From positions 1-48,601 of IMG/VR virus record IMGVR_UViG_3300020397_000375: DNA of 48,601 bases; one strand, 5' to 3'. This document shows, one piece after another, positions 9,101 to 17,030 of the stretch. A program made the translations under genes and the position numbers. Source of the DNA: a virus (lineage: Duplodnaviria; Caudoviricetes). The notes beneath the pieces were generated by a model. It was not told where the DNA came from and ran no database searches. It saw nothing but the letters and a program-made list of their open reading frames with translations. How positions within the stretch are numbered: the stretch's first letter is position 1; each line of letters opens with the position of its first letter.

Positions 9101-11300
9101 ACAAGAAGGCTTAAGTTACGGCGCACAAAACCCAGAGTTTGACAGAGTGTATGGAAACTATAACGCATTTAACGAAAAGGTTATGCAGTTTATGGTGGAC
9201 ACTGGTGCTATTGATTTAGAAACAAAAAGAAAACTTACAGGAACCGCTGATTACATACCTTTCTATAGAATTATAGATGACGAAATGTACACCGAAGGTT
9301 TCTTTGGGCAACTAAAAACTGCCAAGCAAGGAACATACGGAACAACTTCTGCTTTTGACAACCCGGAAGCACAGATTAAATCTGCCATTAACAAGTTAAA
9401 GGGTGGTGAAGAACAGATAGGTGACCTGTATGAAAATGTTTACAAAAATATTAATGCATTGGTTAACGCTGGATATCAAAACCTAGCCACACAAAGAATT
9501 GTAAAACTAACAGAGGAAATGAAGCGTTACGGTTTGTATGATGAGGTTGACCAACCCCGACATTTAACTTCTTCTGAAGCCACAAACAACAACAACCACC
9601 TTACCTACAGAGAAAACGGGAAGACTAGGTTCTATGATGTAGGTAGCGATGGTGAACTGCTTCAAGCAATGAGGTCATTTACACCTATACAAATGCAAGG
9701 AATATTTGCTGGTATGCAGGATATAGGTCGCTTCTTTAGAAGTGCAATCACAATGACACCACCATTTATGGCGGCAAACTTTTTACGCGGTGACATGGCT
9801 GGCTATGTGACGGTTGATGCACCAATACGTCCCATAGTTGATAGCGCAATCGGACTAAAGAACGCTTTAAAAGATGTAGAAACAGTCCAAGAAATGAAAA
9901 CTTTGGCTGGCTTTGGTGGTTACACATTTGGAGATAATAAAGACTTCTCCAAAAAAATGAAGCGGTTCTATCGAAGACATCAGGGTTATGAAATCATAGA
10001 CTCTGACAAGAAGCTAGAGGCGATGATGCAGTTCGCCCTAGATAAGGGTGCGGATTTAATTGACGCGGTTAACACAGGTGGTGAAGCCACGGAGAACGCA
10101 ACAAGAGAGGGTATATACAGGCGACTTAGAGACTCTGGAATGTCCAAAGCTGATGCCGCTTATGAGGCTTTAAACCTTATCAACTATAGTCGAAAGGGTA
10201 ATCCAAATGATGCGCTTGGCCTGACAATAGCCACACTAGTTCCTCTTGTTCCATTCCTAAATGCAAGACTTCAGGGTTTGTATAGAACTGGCACTGCATT
10301 TGGTGTGGAGGCTGACGCTAAAAGCACAATAAGAAAAGGATTGGGGATGTTCGCGCTATCAATGGCATACTACGCGGCGGCATCATCACATGACGAGTGG
10401 GACCAAGAACCCCTGCACAGAAAACTTAATTACTATATTTTTTATATAGGTGACAAAAAGTTTCTTCTTCCTAAACCGTTCGAGATTGGCGCAATATTTT
10501 CCACAATACCTGAACTTATCATTGACGGAATAAGAAAAAAAGATGGACAACTGGTTGCTGACGGTGTGACACAAACTCTTTTGAACACCTTCTCGTTTAA
10601 TCCTATCCCTCAAGCAGTAAGACCTATTATCGAGGTGGCCGCAAACTATGACTTTTTCCGTGGGCGTGAATTAGAAAGCATGGGGGTTCGTGGATTACCC
10701 ACAAAACAGAGAGCGTACTCAAATACATCTGAGTTTGCTAAGATGGTGGGCAACATTAGTCAGTATGTAGGCATCAGTCCTATTGAAGTAGAACAACTTA
10801 TCAATGGTTATATTGGTTCTATGGGTCAATATGTTTACGCTGGCATGGACGCTATACTTGGGGCATTTGGTGCCATACCATCTAAGCCATCTGGTGTCTT
10901 TGGAGATAGTGTACCAGCAGACTTTGCTAAAGTTTTGGGCCTGTCTCGTTTTGTAAAACCGCAAGGAACTGACCCAGCAAATCAGTACATGACTGACTTC
11001 TACGAATTAAAACGAGAGGCTGATGAAGTTGTTCGTGGCATCAACAGGTTACGAGAGGAAGGCAACTATGAAGAAGCCAGAGATATGCGGTCAGATAATC
11101 GTGGTCTCATATCTGTGAGGTCAACTCTTAACAAGATGTATCAACAGTTAAACAACATAAGTGATAGAATATCTGGAGTTCGCGCATCCGGCGATGACCC
11201 GGATACCAAACAAAAACGTATTGACCAGTTAATACGACAAAGAAATAGGGTGGTAAAAAGGATGGTAAAAATAAAGGAAAGAATAAGAAGGTTACAGTAA
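3132..11300 (+). CDS. large polyvalent internal virion protein (zincin-like HExxH domain, possible HhH/EndoIII-like domain, C-terminal LPD38-like domain)
   Basis: 2722 aa; N-terminal Gly/Ala membrane-insertion-like stretch; AAHEAFH at 5364-5384; GPKIG..F..NL.G....VTID.W..R...QAILW block; C-terminus with PFLNARLQG and PKPFEIG..F..PE resembles LPD38. Confidence 0.75.
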   Translation: MSIIDGLRSQFPMYDDLSDAELLEGYRNKFHPDTSLQELEELYADKIEREERERQLENQGFFGRAADLIEAGGREFVGASAEGIATVADMIGGDRTDSFEQSLQSFAEGQREEARSIPGIQPILEAEGIGDVVSSGASYLAQSIPELAAVSAAFYAGGKGGAAVGTAIAPGPGTALGALIGSIGAGTAAGLLAFAGRNVEEFKRVQGRDPTFDEQQSILGTAAVQSAANTLLSKLLFAKGTGRTITGNMVKKGLQGTGAEALTETIQEALTIGQANNYEDIAELISNPENQRRLGESFLAGGLVGGGIGTASGVFGVEPTPDPDKDLKAAAEEFVAGRPQDPEAISGPPPVPQLESFIMGGKRTDPTGPEIQPPRPQRVEPVVDREGNVQQQVLTGQQEPLLQARPDTRLTPDERARQINQDMVMDITRRAIENGQDPLVALSDPAIEQDIIKNIQLEQESDAVIAPTPVSQADQNVSRLNNRQLIEFAEQNADSDPILAEIMAKEIPIPAKTRLIRRRLAEKNISPTTSLEQDQQVGDPILRKTSAVDEDGKIRLTATPDTVQETDIATQPRMVRRTDTAEGKKLRQEIGPIVTRGLLDALKIRGGEASTRFTPDGLMDEDATSRAETRYQGATNYLLTRLDAMAKRGDQGAKAANAIKTQVLNNKKITSNEIVGAFLAADAIVDTLGGQGAQNGVDIRFFDRLTQRNDAYGFKLYEDTVEGKSKAVIELALQGDTVEGIRGTAAHEAFHVLQDFYASESPKDKKVLDSFYKLDKDGKVNYKALPASIKRLWKKHGREGYHDLALKGQLPDQIAKSPSEFQAMTYEYYKKAQAAGEANPLSGPMGGYFNFVSQFLPRLKNSLNGMGFQTAQDVFARAGKGKTGQQLKGRKLTPREPAPFRQAAEEASERNIMEEYKKQVSSTGMKPDPTQAGTVIEGSIEYEMEAGPVTSVETKSPLKEGVNFLRTLLSSDLSDIPELRGKIPQSLIDAAKGESMADFRTALLNHPSRYIFDQTNDDRVIEKFGNHGLIIGDVERNRTSPEMDEDVTFTLVRMSGDGKNNIRVATMRSTKADAMETNQYLGTDSEPSTVYLPYSTETRQLNQQLIDEAQISKSVRKIKRNVMVLAGINTVYSNDLYEASTLIDEDSAIRIGQEGGTVRLLNIDFRVDDSFAADENFRTPINLSGMSKLYGAVLAGVRKALDAQKKRGERIDGIMFAGNESKRDETRSTEGLFGANQKQRIYNRIARMKSFAKEFPELSMETISGFGSTVMPTNKIRQAKSDLQNRAQQRIEQQLALFNDDATTVDADFDVVDSEALEAILGEASMRFERVPDLSQVTPNRANNQVANTLGLTDRERALSSLDVLYNPDFSVTVPERDIGGPGPDGFERTAGSNINEVARALQNRALSIIGQAITKSNPETDEMLAKIMAAETVAAMQNNPDTNAANWYTENIKRAIASVSKLYPEIATNREHRSAFSVALAITSQGIKVDRNSAIGLGAYEFWRKNGRFPEFGEGEAAGAMRANFKTANKLMKAFNARGRNFRFVDFLDSQYTKRELMETLEQAGIDLKGPDSVSLSGENMDAKLYGSFVFGPKIGQGFYQNLMGNYDPVTIDKWFMRTWGRLTGTLIGKPAYKDNIAALRTMMLEEGIEFDQELFGTDEQYTLNKVSEVYKMGEDFYKQNREEIDAKRMAKSPAMKKAKNAYDNGMKPNEALNGTKRQWMRSVVARAREILAQQGINVTSADLQAILWYPEKDLYDKLGNDGSGADRLNQSYEDSFGELIDGETGIRTVDGRGRFDSVRESIRQEDRQSRRGTGGTSGQEASIRLGRDYRTTEGMKRVLADPARDNVGRKFFNVLRPFTTKEGRKQQFNRFIDSAVHGLRPIGDRERRLSAVKYGVKKYLPFAEGAFKIAEFAQQRSGRMQQFIEHGPPVLGAEGEVTIDNSIGGLREIFSPIGTGPKYAQFQMYVYAKRAQRLKAEGRENLMSDADIQEGLSYGAQNPEFDRVYGNYNAFNEKVMQFMVDTGAIDLETKRKLTGTADYIPFYRIIDDEMYTEGFFGQLKTAKQGTYGTTSAFDNPEAQIKSAINKLKGGEEQIGDLYENVYKNINALVNAGYQNLATQRIVKLTEEMKRYGLYDEVDQPRHLTSSEATNNNNHLTYRENGKTRFYDVGSDGELLQAMRSFTPIQMQGIFAGMQDIGRFFRSAITMTPPFMAANFLRGDMAGYVTVDAPIRPIVDSAIGLKNALKDVETVQEMKTLAGFGGYTFGDNKDFSKKMKRFYRRHQGYEIIDSDKKLEAMMQFALDKGADLIDAVNTGGEATENATREGIYRRLRDSGMSKADAAYEALNLINYSRKGNPNDALGLTIATLVPLVPFLNARLQGLYRTGTAFGVEADAKSTIRKGLGMFALSMAYYAAASSHDEWDQEPLHRKLNYYIFYIGDKKFLLPKPFEIGAIFSTIPELIIDGIRKKDGQLVADGVTQTLLNTFSFNPIPQAVRPIIEVAANYDFFRGRELESMGVRGLPTKQRAYSNTSEFAKMVGNISQYVGISPIEVEQLINGYIGSMGQYVYAGMDAILGAFGAIPSKPSGVFGDSVPADFAKVLGLSRFVKPQGTDPANQYMTDFYELKREADEVVRGINRLREEGNYEEARDMRSDNRGLISVRSTLNKMYQQLNNISDRISGVRASGDDPDTKQKRIDQLIRQRNRVVKRMVKIKERIRRLQ

Positions 11301-11527
11301 TGTTTTACGCATCAATTTTATTTTGTTGGATATCTATTAGCGGTCCACAGTGTGTTGTGGCAGAGGACTCACTTGGTCCATACAAAGAAGTAGCACAGTG
11401 TCAGGAACGCATTGAAGATATGTCCGAAAGCATACTTGAAGAGATGCCGTTCGCAGAAGTTCGCGGTTCTAAGTGTGACAAAGGTGGGGATAGCGGTGTA
11501 CATAAAGGCTTTAGTGAGTTTACATGA
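11300..11527 (+). CDS. hypothetical protein, signal-peptide-like N-terminus, 4 Cys
   Basis: TAATG-coupled ORF at the start of the lysis region. Confidence 0.6.
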   Translation: MFYASILFCWISISGPQCVVAEDSLGPYKEVAQCQERIEDMSESILEEMPFAEVRGSKCDKGGDSGVHKGFSEFT

Positions 11528-11928
11528 GCCGCCGACCTCAGAGTGTAAATGAAAACACTGAGGTAGCCCTACCTCTAAGAAATATAATTAGCATGGTTGC
11601 GGCGGCAAGCCTAGCAACTTGGGCATACTTTGGATTAATAGAACGACTGAACACACTTGAAACAAATCAGACCATGATGAAGTCTGACTTAGAACAGAAC
11701 ACAGACTTTAGAATTAAATGGCCTCGCGGTGAGATGGGTTCACTGCCAGCGGACTCAGAACAGTTCATGCTTATAGAACACTTGGCTGGTGAGTTAGAAA
11801 AACTACAGAGTCAAATAGAAAATGGTCAAGCACCCTATGACCAACAACAGAAATTAACACTGGACTTCTTTGAGAAACGCATAACAACCATAGAAGAAAA
11901 CATAGAGAAGATGAGAAATGGTGGTTGA
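11524..11928 (+). CDS. membrane-anchored coiled-coil protein (possibly spanin-like)
   Basis: One N-terminal TM segment followed by coiled coil; ATGA overlap; lysis-cassette context. Confidence 0.5.
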   Translation: MSRRPQSVNENTEVALPLRNIISMVAAASLATWAYFGLIERLNTLETNQTMMKSDLEQNTDFRIKWPRGEMGSLPADSEQFMLIEHLAGELEKLQSQIENGQAPYDQQQKLTLDFFEKRITTIEENIEKMRNGG

Positions 11929-12118
11929 GTTAACATTTGTTTTGCTGTTGGTAATGAGTGGTGAGAAGGTAGAATATACCCCTTACCAGTCATTATCAGA
12001 ATGCCTGTCAGTCAGAAGAAAGATAAAAAGAAACACTGGTTCTGACGAGAAGTGGTCGTGCAAAGAGATGAAAGTTAAGATGGAAGACGGGAATATATTG
12101 GAGTTTATAGAAGAATGA
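11918..12118 (+). CDS. small exported protein with 2 Cys
   Basis: Hydrophobic N-terminus; overlaps both neighbours. Confidence 0.5.
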   Translation: MVVELTFVLLLVMSGEKVEYTPYQSLSECLSVRRKIKRNTGSDEKWSCKEMKVKMEDGNILEFIEE

Positions 12119-12501
12119 TACAGGCTATACTACCCATAGTGGGTGACCTAGCTGGCTCTTGGCTAAAGGGAAAGGCCGAAGAGAAAGCCGCTGTCGCCAA
12201 GACAAAGATTGCAAAGGCCGAAGCCGAAGCAGAAATTATGAAAGTAGCCGCGACCAGTGAGGCAAGCTGGGAAAAGGTTATGGCAAAGGGTTCAGTAAAC
12301 TCGTGGAAAGACGAGTGGTTAACGGTGCTTTTTAGCATTCCCCTAATATTAGCCTTCTGTGGTGACTGGGGTAGGGAGATAGTGTCTAACGGCTTTGCCG
12401 CATTGGAAGCCATGCCCGATTACTATCAGTATACCTTAGGAGTTATTGTATCTGCGTCATTCGCGGTGAGGTCAGCAACAAAATTTTTTGGTAAGAGATA
12501 A
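12115..12501 (+). CDS. holin (3TM / GTA-holin-like)
   Basis: SWKDEW motif followed by TM helices and a basic C-terminus; upstream of lysozyme. Confidence 0.65.
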   Translation: MIQAILPIVGDLAGSWLKGKAEEKAAVAKTKIAKAEAEAEIMKVAATSEASWEKVMAKGSVNSWKDEWLTVLFSIPLILAFCGDWGREIVSNGFAALEAMPDYYQYTLGVIVSASFAVRSATKFFGKR

Positions 12502-12710
12502 TGGTTGATTGGTGGAAGAAATATTTACAGCTTAATATTACTGCAAAGCTAACCATGATTGCTTCTGTGGCTATGTCGTGGAGATGTGCTGAGTGGTTTA
12601 TGAATCTTGAAGACCCAACAACACAGCAGTCAGCGTTCGTATCTGTTATTATGGGTGTAATGACGGGTGTGTATGGCATCTACTTGGGTAGAGAAGCGAA
12701 AGGAAAATAA
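12501..12710 (+). CDS. small two-TM membrane protein (holin/antiholin-like)
   Basis: Two hydrophobic helices; TAATG coupling. Confidence 0.55.
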   Translation: MVDWWKKYLQLNITAKLTMIASVAMSWRCAEWFMNLEDPTTQQSAFVSVIMGVMTGVYGIYLGREAKGK

Positions 12711-12711
12711 C

Positions 12712-12831
12712 GTGGATAGACGAGTCAAGGCTAAAGTGAAGAAGGTTGCCTCTGGTTTGCGTAAGGCATCAAGGACACACGCAAGACAGGCAAAGACCTT
12801 AACATCTGTGCTAAAAAAGAAGAAGAAGTGA
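12712..12831 (+). CDS. small very basic protein (39 aa)
   Basis: GTG start after AGGA; translates (M)DRRVKAKVKKVASGLRKASRTHARQAKTLTSVLKKKKK; below the ORF-track size cutoff. Confidence 0.5.
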   Translation: MDRRVKAKVKKVASGLRKASRTHARQAKTLTSVLKKKKK

Positions 12832-12968
12832 CATGGTATTTGACCATTCACAAAGAACAACAGCTAGTCAGGCACGGCGTAATAGGTTAAAAAGATATTT
12901 CGATTTCGGAAGACTGAAGAACAAAAGGCGTAGAGTGCCTTACAAGTCACCAGTCAGGAGCGAGGAAG

Positions 12969-13421
12969 ATGGATATAGAATTACTAAGGGAAGAACTGAC
13001 ACTAGATGAAGGGTGTAAGGAAGAAATATATCTCTGTTCAGAAGGACATCCTACATTTGGAATCGGTCATTTAATAGTGAGAGGTGACCCTGAGTTTGGC
13101 AAAGACTTGGGAACAAGCGTAGCCTTTCACCGTGTTAAAGAAGTTTTTGAACAGGACATAGCAACATGCATAGCAGATTGTACACTAATATTCAAAGGCT
13201 GGGACGATTATCCAGAAGAAGCGCAGAGATGTTTTGCGAACATGTGCTTTCAACTTGGGAGACCAAGATTGAGTCAGTTCAAAAAAACGATTGCGTTTGC
13301 GGAAAGCGGCGAATGGGAAAACGTAGCAACCGAGATTCTCGATTCGAGATGGGCCAAGCAGACACCGAATCGCGCACAGAGAATTTCTGAGCGTTTTCTT
13401 AAGTTGTCTGTTCCTTTATAA
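12969..13421 (+). CDS. endolysin, T4-type lysozyme (GH24)
   Basis: DEG....Y....G.PTFGIGHL catalytic region and DSRWAKQTPNRA C-terminal motif. Confidence 0.9.
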   Translation: MDIELLREELTLDEGCKEEIYLCSEGHPTFGIGHLIVRGDPEFGKDLGTSVAFHRVKEVFEQDIATCIADCTLIFKGWDDYPEEAQRCFANMCFQLGRPRLSQFKKTIAFAESGEWENVATEILDSRWAKQTPNRAQRISERFLKLSVPL

Positions 13422-13432
13422 TTTGGTATAGT
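13404..13432 (+). promoter_or_regulatory. sigma70-type promoter with no downstream ORF
   Basis: TTGTCT(13404-09)-17 nt-TATAGT(13427-32) with extended -10 TG. Confidence 0.6.
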
Positions 13433-13438
13433 TTGTAC

Positions 13439-13547
13439 AGTCGCTAGAACACTAGCCTGAAGAAGGACAAGACTAGCGATAGAGGGGCAGTGTGTTTGGC
13501 AAGTTCCCGAAGGACTGATACTGACCGTGGCTAGAACCTGCCCCTCG
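13439..13547 (+). ncRNA. candidate structured small RNA (two long stems)
   Basis: Stems TCGCTAG/CTAGCGA and GAGGGGCAG/CTGCCCCTC with inner G-U-containing helices; begins at the predicted TSS of the 13404 promoter. Confidence 0.55.
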
Positions 13548-13578
13548 ATATTATTAACTAGTAAATGTATAAAGTTAG

Positions 13579-14067
13579 TTAACCTGCGTTCCCGGTTTGT
13601 GCCAACCAACTTTTAAATTCATTTACCAGTTCGTCTAACTGGAACCTTACATCGTCCCTTTCCACATGAGCCAACTCAGAACGAGAACTGATACCAAGAA
13701 AAGTTCTAAGGGCATTTGCTGTCTCCACTTCTACATCTTGCATACCCCAATTATAGAACCCCTCTTCTGAGGCACGTTCCTCAAGGTACTTTTGAAATTT
13801 TTCGTTCTTACACATCATAACAGAACGCTGTATATATTTTTTTCTAGGGTCTTCGTTTGTTGATTGTTCTGGGTTATCGTAATCCAAAGCCTTCAAACCA
13901 ATAGCCAATGGCGTACCCATAGGTGCAAAGACCAGCCAATCAGCCGCGCCAAACTCATGTACTGTTAGTGTCAACTGCCACAGACCATCTGTGGTCTGAC
14001 GTATTGCATGTTTCTTTGCTTCAAACCCACTAACTGTTGTGAACGCCTCGCGTGGTACTGGCTTCAT
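13579..14067 (-). CDS. hypothetical protein
   Basis: 162-aa ORF with GAGG RBS; last gene of the recombination operon. Confidence 0.7.
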   Translation of the reverse strand: MKPVPREAFTTVSGFEAKKHAIRQTTDGLWQLTLTVHEFGAADWLVFAPMGTPLAIGLKALDYDNPEQSTNEDPRKKYIQRSVMMCKNEKFQKYLEERASEEGFYNWGMQDVEVETANALRTFLGISSRSELAHVERDDVRFQLDELVNEFKSWLAQTGNAG

Positions 14068-14308
14068 TACTTATCCTCTTTACTGATAGGTCATATCCCA
14101 ACACATTAAAACAAGCCCTTAGTATTTCTATACTAGGTCTGCGATTGTACTTCCACTTTGTTATTATTGATGGGTCACTTACACCCACCTTCTTACACAT
14201 ATCCCTAGCCGTAATCTGTTGTTCATTCATCTTATCAATAAGACTCTTTACAAGATAGAATGTATTATCTGGATATGACTGCTTAATATAAGAACCGTCA
14301 CGCCTCAT
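14030..14308 (-). CDS. Cro/CI-type HTH protein
   Basis: ITARDMCKKVGVSDPSIITKWKYNRRPSIEIL...LGY HTH_XRE pattern. Confidence 0.75.
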   Translation of the reverse strand: MRRDGSYIKQSYPDNTFYLVKSLIDKMNEQQITARDMCKKVGVSDPSIITKWKYNRRPSIEILRACFNVLGYDLSVKRISNEASTTRGVHNS

Positions 14309-14474
14309 CTAGTTCCTCGTAGTACTGCGCCCTGTATGCATCTCTTATCAACTCTGCAACAGATATAAATTTTCCTTGGTTCTTAGTTTGGTCGTGAGAT
14401 ATTTTTGCCAACACTTGATACTCTCTCATAGGTAACCTAAGATTATAGGTCTTTGTGTTTGTCATCTGTCTCAT
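14298..14474 (-). CDS. ribbon-helix-helix (Arc/CopG-like) DNA-binding protein, 58 aa
   Basis: Read manually (below track cutoff): MRQMTNTKTYNLRLPMREYQVLAKISHDQTKNQGKFISVAELIRDAYRAQYYEELDEA; GGAG RBS. Confidence 0.65.
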   Translation of the reverse strand: MRQMTNTKTYNLRLPMREYQVLAKISHDQTKNQGKFISVAELIRDAYRAQYYEELDEA

Positions 14475-14757
14475 TTGTTTGTCTCCACAAATCTTCAGCC
14501 ACTTTCAATCCATCAACCCCCTCAAAAACCCAAAACAATTTTTCACCTTCTTTTGCAGTGTGTAACTTATGGTGACACACATCACATAGGGGGACAACCC
14601 ATTGGTCGCCTACCTTCTGACCAAATCCTCTTTGTTCTGCGAACTGTATGTGATGTGCATGATTTTGAGGTGGGGAAGAACACACTAAACAGGGAAGTTG
14701 CCTCACCCTGTTTAGGTGTTTTTGATTACGAACTTTCTTAGAACGGAATCTCATCAT
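14443..14757 (-). CDS. DUF968-like / HNH-type zinc-binding nuclease
   Basis: PCLVC...HAHH...G.GQKVGD...VPLC..CH..LH; start moved to MMRFRSKK, overlapping the SSB stop. Confidence 0.75.
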   Translation of the reverse strand: MMRFRSKKVRNQKHLNRVRQLPCLVCSSPPQNHAHHIQFAEQRGFGQKVGDQWVVPLCDVCHHKLHTAKEGEKLFWVFEGVDGLKVAEDLWRQTNETDDKHKDL

Positions 14758-15025
14758 CCAATGGCTGTTCTTTTTGTGATATAGGTGGTGATGATGGTAT
14801 GTTGCCACCCTGAGGTTGAGGTATACTAAGTTTTAGCTTCATATAACTCATGCCCTTTTGAGACTTTTGCATCCAGCCAGCAATGTTATACTTGATGCCG
14901 TCTACCTCTGCATTGCCAGTGTAGTCTGGGTGCTTTTCTTTTCCCTGAACTACCTCTCCATCATTGCTAAACTTATCTTTGTTTCTAAACAAAGCACCAC
15001 TTAAGTTATTGTCGTATTCAGTCAT
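14738..15025 (-). CDS. ssb: single-stranded DNA-binding protein (short OB fold)
   Basis: GALF.N....K.PDYTG....G..Y.IAGW pattern and C-terminal DDEIPF tail. Confidence 0.75.
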   Translation of the reverse strand: MTEYDNNLSGALFRNKDKFSNDGEVVQGKEKHPDYTGNAEVDGIKYNIAGWMQKSQKGMSYMKLKLSIPQPQGGNIPSSPPISQKEQPLDDEIPF

Positions 15026-15678
15026 TGGACCTCTCCTTCTTTTCCTGACAATTTCTTCCTAAGTTTTTCTACTTCCAACTTTAAATCCTTAAATGTTTTG
15101 ACGTTTGTCTTTTTTAGGTCGTCAAAAAAACCCTTTTGTTGGATAAGTAGTTTGTTAACATCTTCAACTGTCTTACAGTTACCAGCCAACCTAAGAAATT
15201 TTTTCTCGTTCATGTTCTTCGGTGTTAGGCCAATCACTCTCTGGGTATCCAAAGCATCACTGACCTCTTCGGCAGATGCTATTTGTCCACCATGTAAACC
15301 AAGGTTAGCAAGCATACGGCCCACAGCACTTGTCTCACTATTTTCTACCGCACTGGTTTGATTTATGCGATGTGCATCACGGTCCTCTTCTGAGGTTCCG
15401 ACAGACTTGACGTTCTTCATCTGGACTATTTCTTTTCCTTCTTCAGTAAAGATAACATCAACCTGTTCTGCTAAGTATGCCCTAGTAATAACTTTGTTTT
15501 CCTTGAACACGACTTTAGTAAAGATAGAGGCCACGGACTCGACATCAATAGCATCCATATTGGCTCTGAATAATTCAACTCGCAAAGGGACGGTTGAATA
15601 CTCCTTGCCCCTGATGTCCACCTTACCTTCTTCAAGGCTCGACATCTTTTTTAATATGTCCTCTATCTTATTTGTCAT
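15022..15678 (-). CDS. single-strand annealing protein (Sak/Rad52-like)
   Basis: IRGKEY..V..R...F and INQTSAVENSETSAVGR.LA.LG motifs; between exonuclease and SSB. Confidence 0.7.
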   Translation of the reverse strand: MTNKIEDILKKMSSLEEGKVDIRGKEYSTVPLRVELFRANMDAIDVESVASIFTKVVFKENKVITRAYLAEQVDVIFTEEGKEIVQMKNVKSVGTSEEDRDAHRINQTSAVENSETSAVGRMLANLGLHGGQIASAEEVSDALDTQRVIGLTPKNMNEKKFLRLAGNCKTVEDVNKLLIQQKGFFDDLKKTNVKTFKDLKLEVEKLRKKLSGKEGEVQ

Positions 15679-16525
15679 GACCTATAACCTCTTTAGTAAA
15701 TAACTCTGATTGATATTGTTCACAAAACTCTGACACCTCACAGAACCTCTGACATCTTATTGGTTCTGCCTCTCTCTTCTCTATTACTACGGGTGCTTTG
15801 GTTTGGAAGCTGAGTGCTTGTTCTTCTGTGTCAAAAACCCGTAGGGCTTTCCCAGTTTTTTTAGATACGACTGCAAATTTTGGACTTGACATCCATCGTT
15901 CTTCATCTGTGCAGAGGGGGATGTCTTCGGTAAAGTGAGCCTGTATTCTTTCATTTATATACTTCTCCGTTTGTTCTTCACACCAAAGTGGTAATTCAAA
16001 AACAGGGAACATCGTGTCAGGGTATTCACCTGTAACACGCCTATCGGACCAGTCTCTGATAAGTCCACTGATAAAAAGCCTTTTGGGTTGCATGTCGTTT
16101 TGCCTAAGTATATATGCATATATATTTAGTTGCGCCTCAAACTCTTTGAGTTCCGTCTGCGCTTTGTAGGCTGTCATCACCTTATAATCCCAAATATTAA
16201 AGCCGCCATCACACGGCTCAAGTGCATCTATTGCACCAGAGATTAACTTGTCACCAGCACTTGCATAAAATCTTCGTTCACATATCCAGTCGCTAGGTGC
16301 ATACTGTTCCATATATCCATGCCATGCCTCGCCTAGTTTAGCAAAGCCACGCTTTAGATAGTCTGGCTGGATATCCTTGTAGTGTAATTTATATAACCTA
16401 TTGACCCTTGGGCTATCCTTAAGTCTGGTCGCGCTTATGTCCGTTGGTATCGAACCAGAATCATAGTTTTCTGAGTGTAGATAACGCTTGACGGACTCTG
16501 GTAATATTTCTTTGCTGAGTTTCAT
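15668..16525 (-). CDS. PD-(D/E)XK exonuclease (Cas4/RecB-like)
   Basis: SAT..., G...H, E.R, ISGAID, IWDYK and QLNIYAY motifs; C-terminal Cys cluster; start placed at MKLSKE. Confidence 0.8.
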   Translation of the reverse strand: MKLSKEILPESVKRYLHSENYDSGSIPTDISATRLKDSPRVNRLYKLHYKDIQPDYLKRGFAKLGEAWHGYMEQYAPSDWICERRFYASAGDKLISGAIDALEPCDGGFNIWDYKVMTAYKAQTELKEFEAQLNIYAYILRQNDMQPKRLFISGLIRDWSDRRVTGEYPDTMFPVFELPLWCEEQTEKYINERIQAHFTEDIPLCTDEERWMSSPKFAVVSKKTGKALRVFDTEEQALSFQTKAPVVIEKREAEPIRCQRFCEVSEFCEQYQSELFTKEVIGHDK

Positions 16526-16601
16526 ATTGTATATGTGCCACAGGTAGCCGTTTCTGTCAAGTAGATTCACTTATCAATGGTATTATTATATAATTTTTTT
16601 T
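16526..16601. promoter_or_regulatory. divergent promoter pair, both probably leaderless
   Basis: (-) TTGACA at 16560-16555, 29 nt before ATG 16525; (+) TTCACT(16566-71)-17-TATAAT(16589-94), 7 nt before ATG 16602; neither gene has an SD. Confidence 0.6.
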
Positions 16602-17030
16602 ATGAAAGCAGAACGAAAAGTGAACAAAACTCGTAAGAAGTCAATTAGGCGAGAGCCTGAACTTAACTTACAGACTGATATAGTTGAGATGCTTCGCAAG
16701 AAGTTGAAGAAAAAAGTTTTGTTCACAGCCTTCCCTGCTGGTGGCGGTGGTAGGGTAAGAGGTGCTAAACTTAAAAAGGCTGGGCTTCAGGCAGGGTGGC
16801 CTGATATCCAGCTAGTATACCAAGGCTTTTATTATGGCCTTGAAGTGAAGACAGAAACAGGAAGGCTATCTCCAGCGCAAATAGATTTACACAAGAGACT
16901 TACTGATGACGGTTGTTCTGTTGCCGTTGCCCGTTCAGTCTCTGATGCACTGGAGATAATAGTTGACTGGGGTCTCGCTAGAAAGCATAAACAGAATGTG
17001 GAGAGCGGTAGTCCTACAAGCATTGCTTGA
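16602..17030 (+). CDS. VRR-NUC domain nuclease (resolvase-like)
   Basis: E..LQ, GLQAGWPDI, LEVK..TGRLSPAQ motifs. Confidence 0.85.
   Translation: MKAERKVNKTRKKSIRREPELNLQTDIVEMLRKKLKKKVLFTAFPAGGGGRVRGAKLKKAGLQAGWPDIQLVYQGFYYGLEVKTETGRLSPAQIDLHKRLTDDGCSVAVARSVSDALEIIVDWGLARKHKQNVESGSPTSIA

Noticed and set aside
286-10964. Numerous 60-160 aa antisense or alternate-frame ORFs inside the long structural genes
   Set aside because: Shadow ORFs with no recognisable motifs, fully nested in well-supported genes.
3132-11300. Giant ORF as an N4-like virion RNA polymerase
   Set aside because: No recognisable single-subunit or two-barrel RNAP catalytic motifs; the C-terminus fits an LPD38-type polyvalent protein.
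13456-13530. CTGAAGA / CTGATAC resembling a hammerhead ribozyme core
   Set aside because: No correctly placed stem II plus GAAA, and no three-way junction could be built on either strand.
14758-14808. His-rich N-terminal extension (MATYHHHHLYH) on the DUF968-like ORF
   Set aside because: It is an alternative-frame read of the SSB C-terminus; the real start is probably 14757 or 14754.
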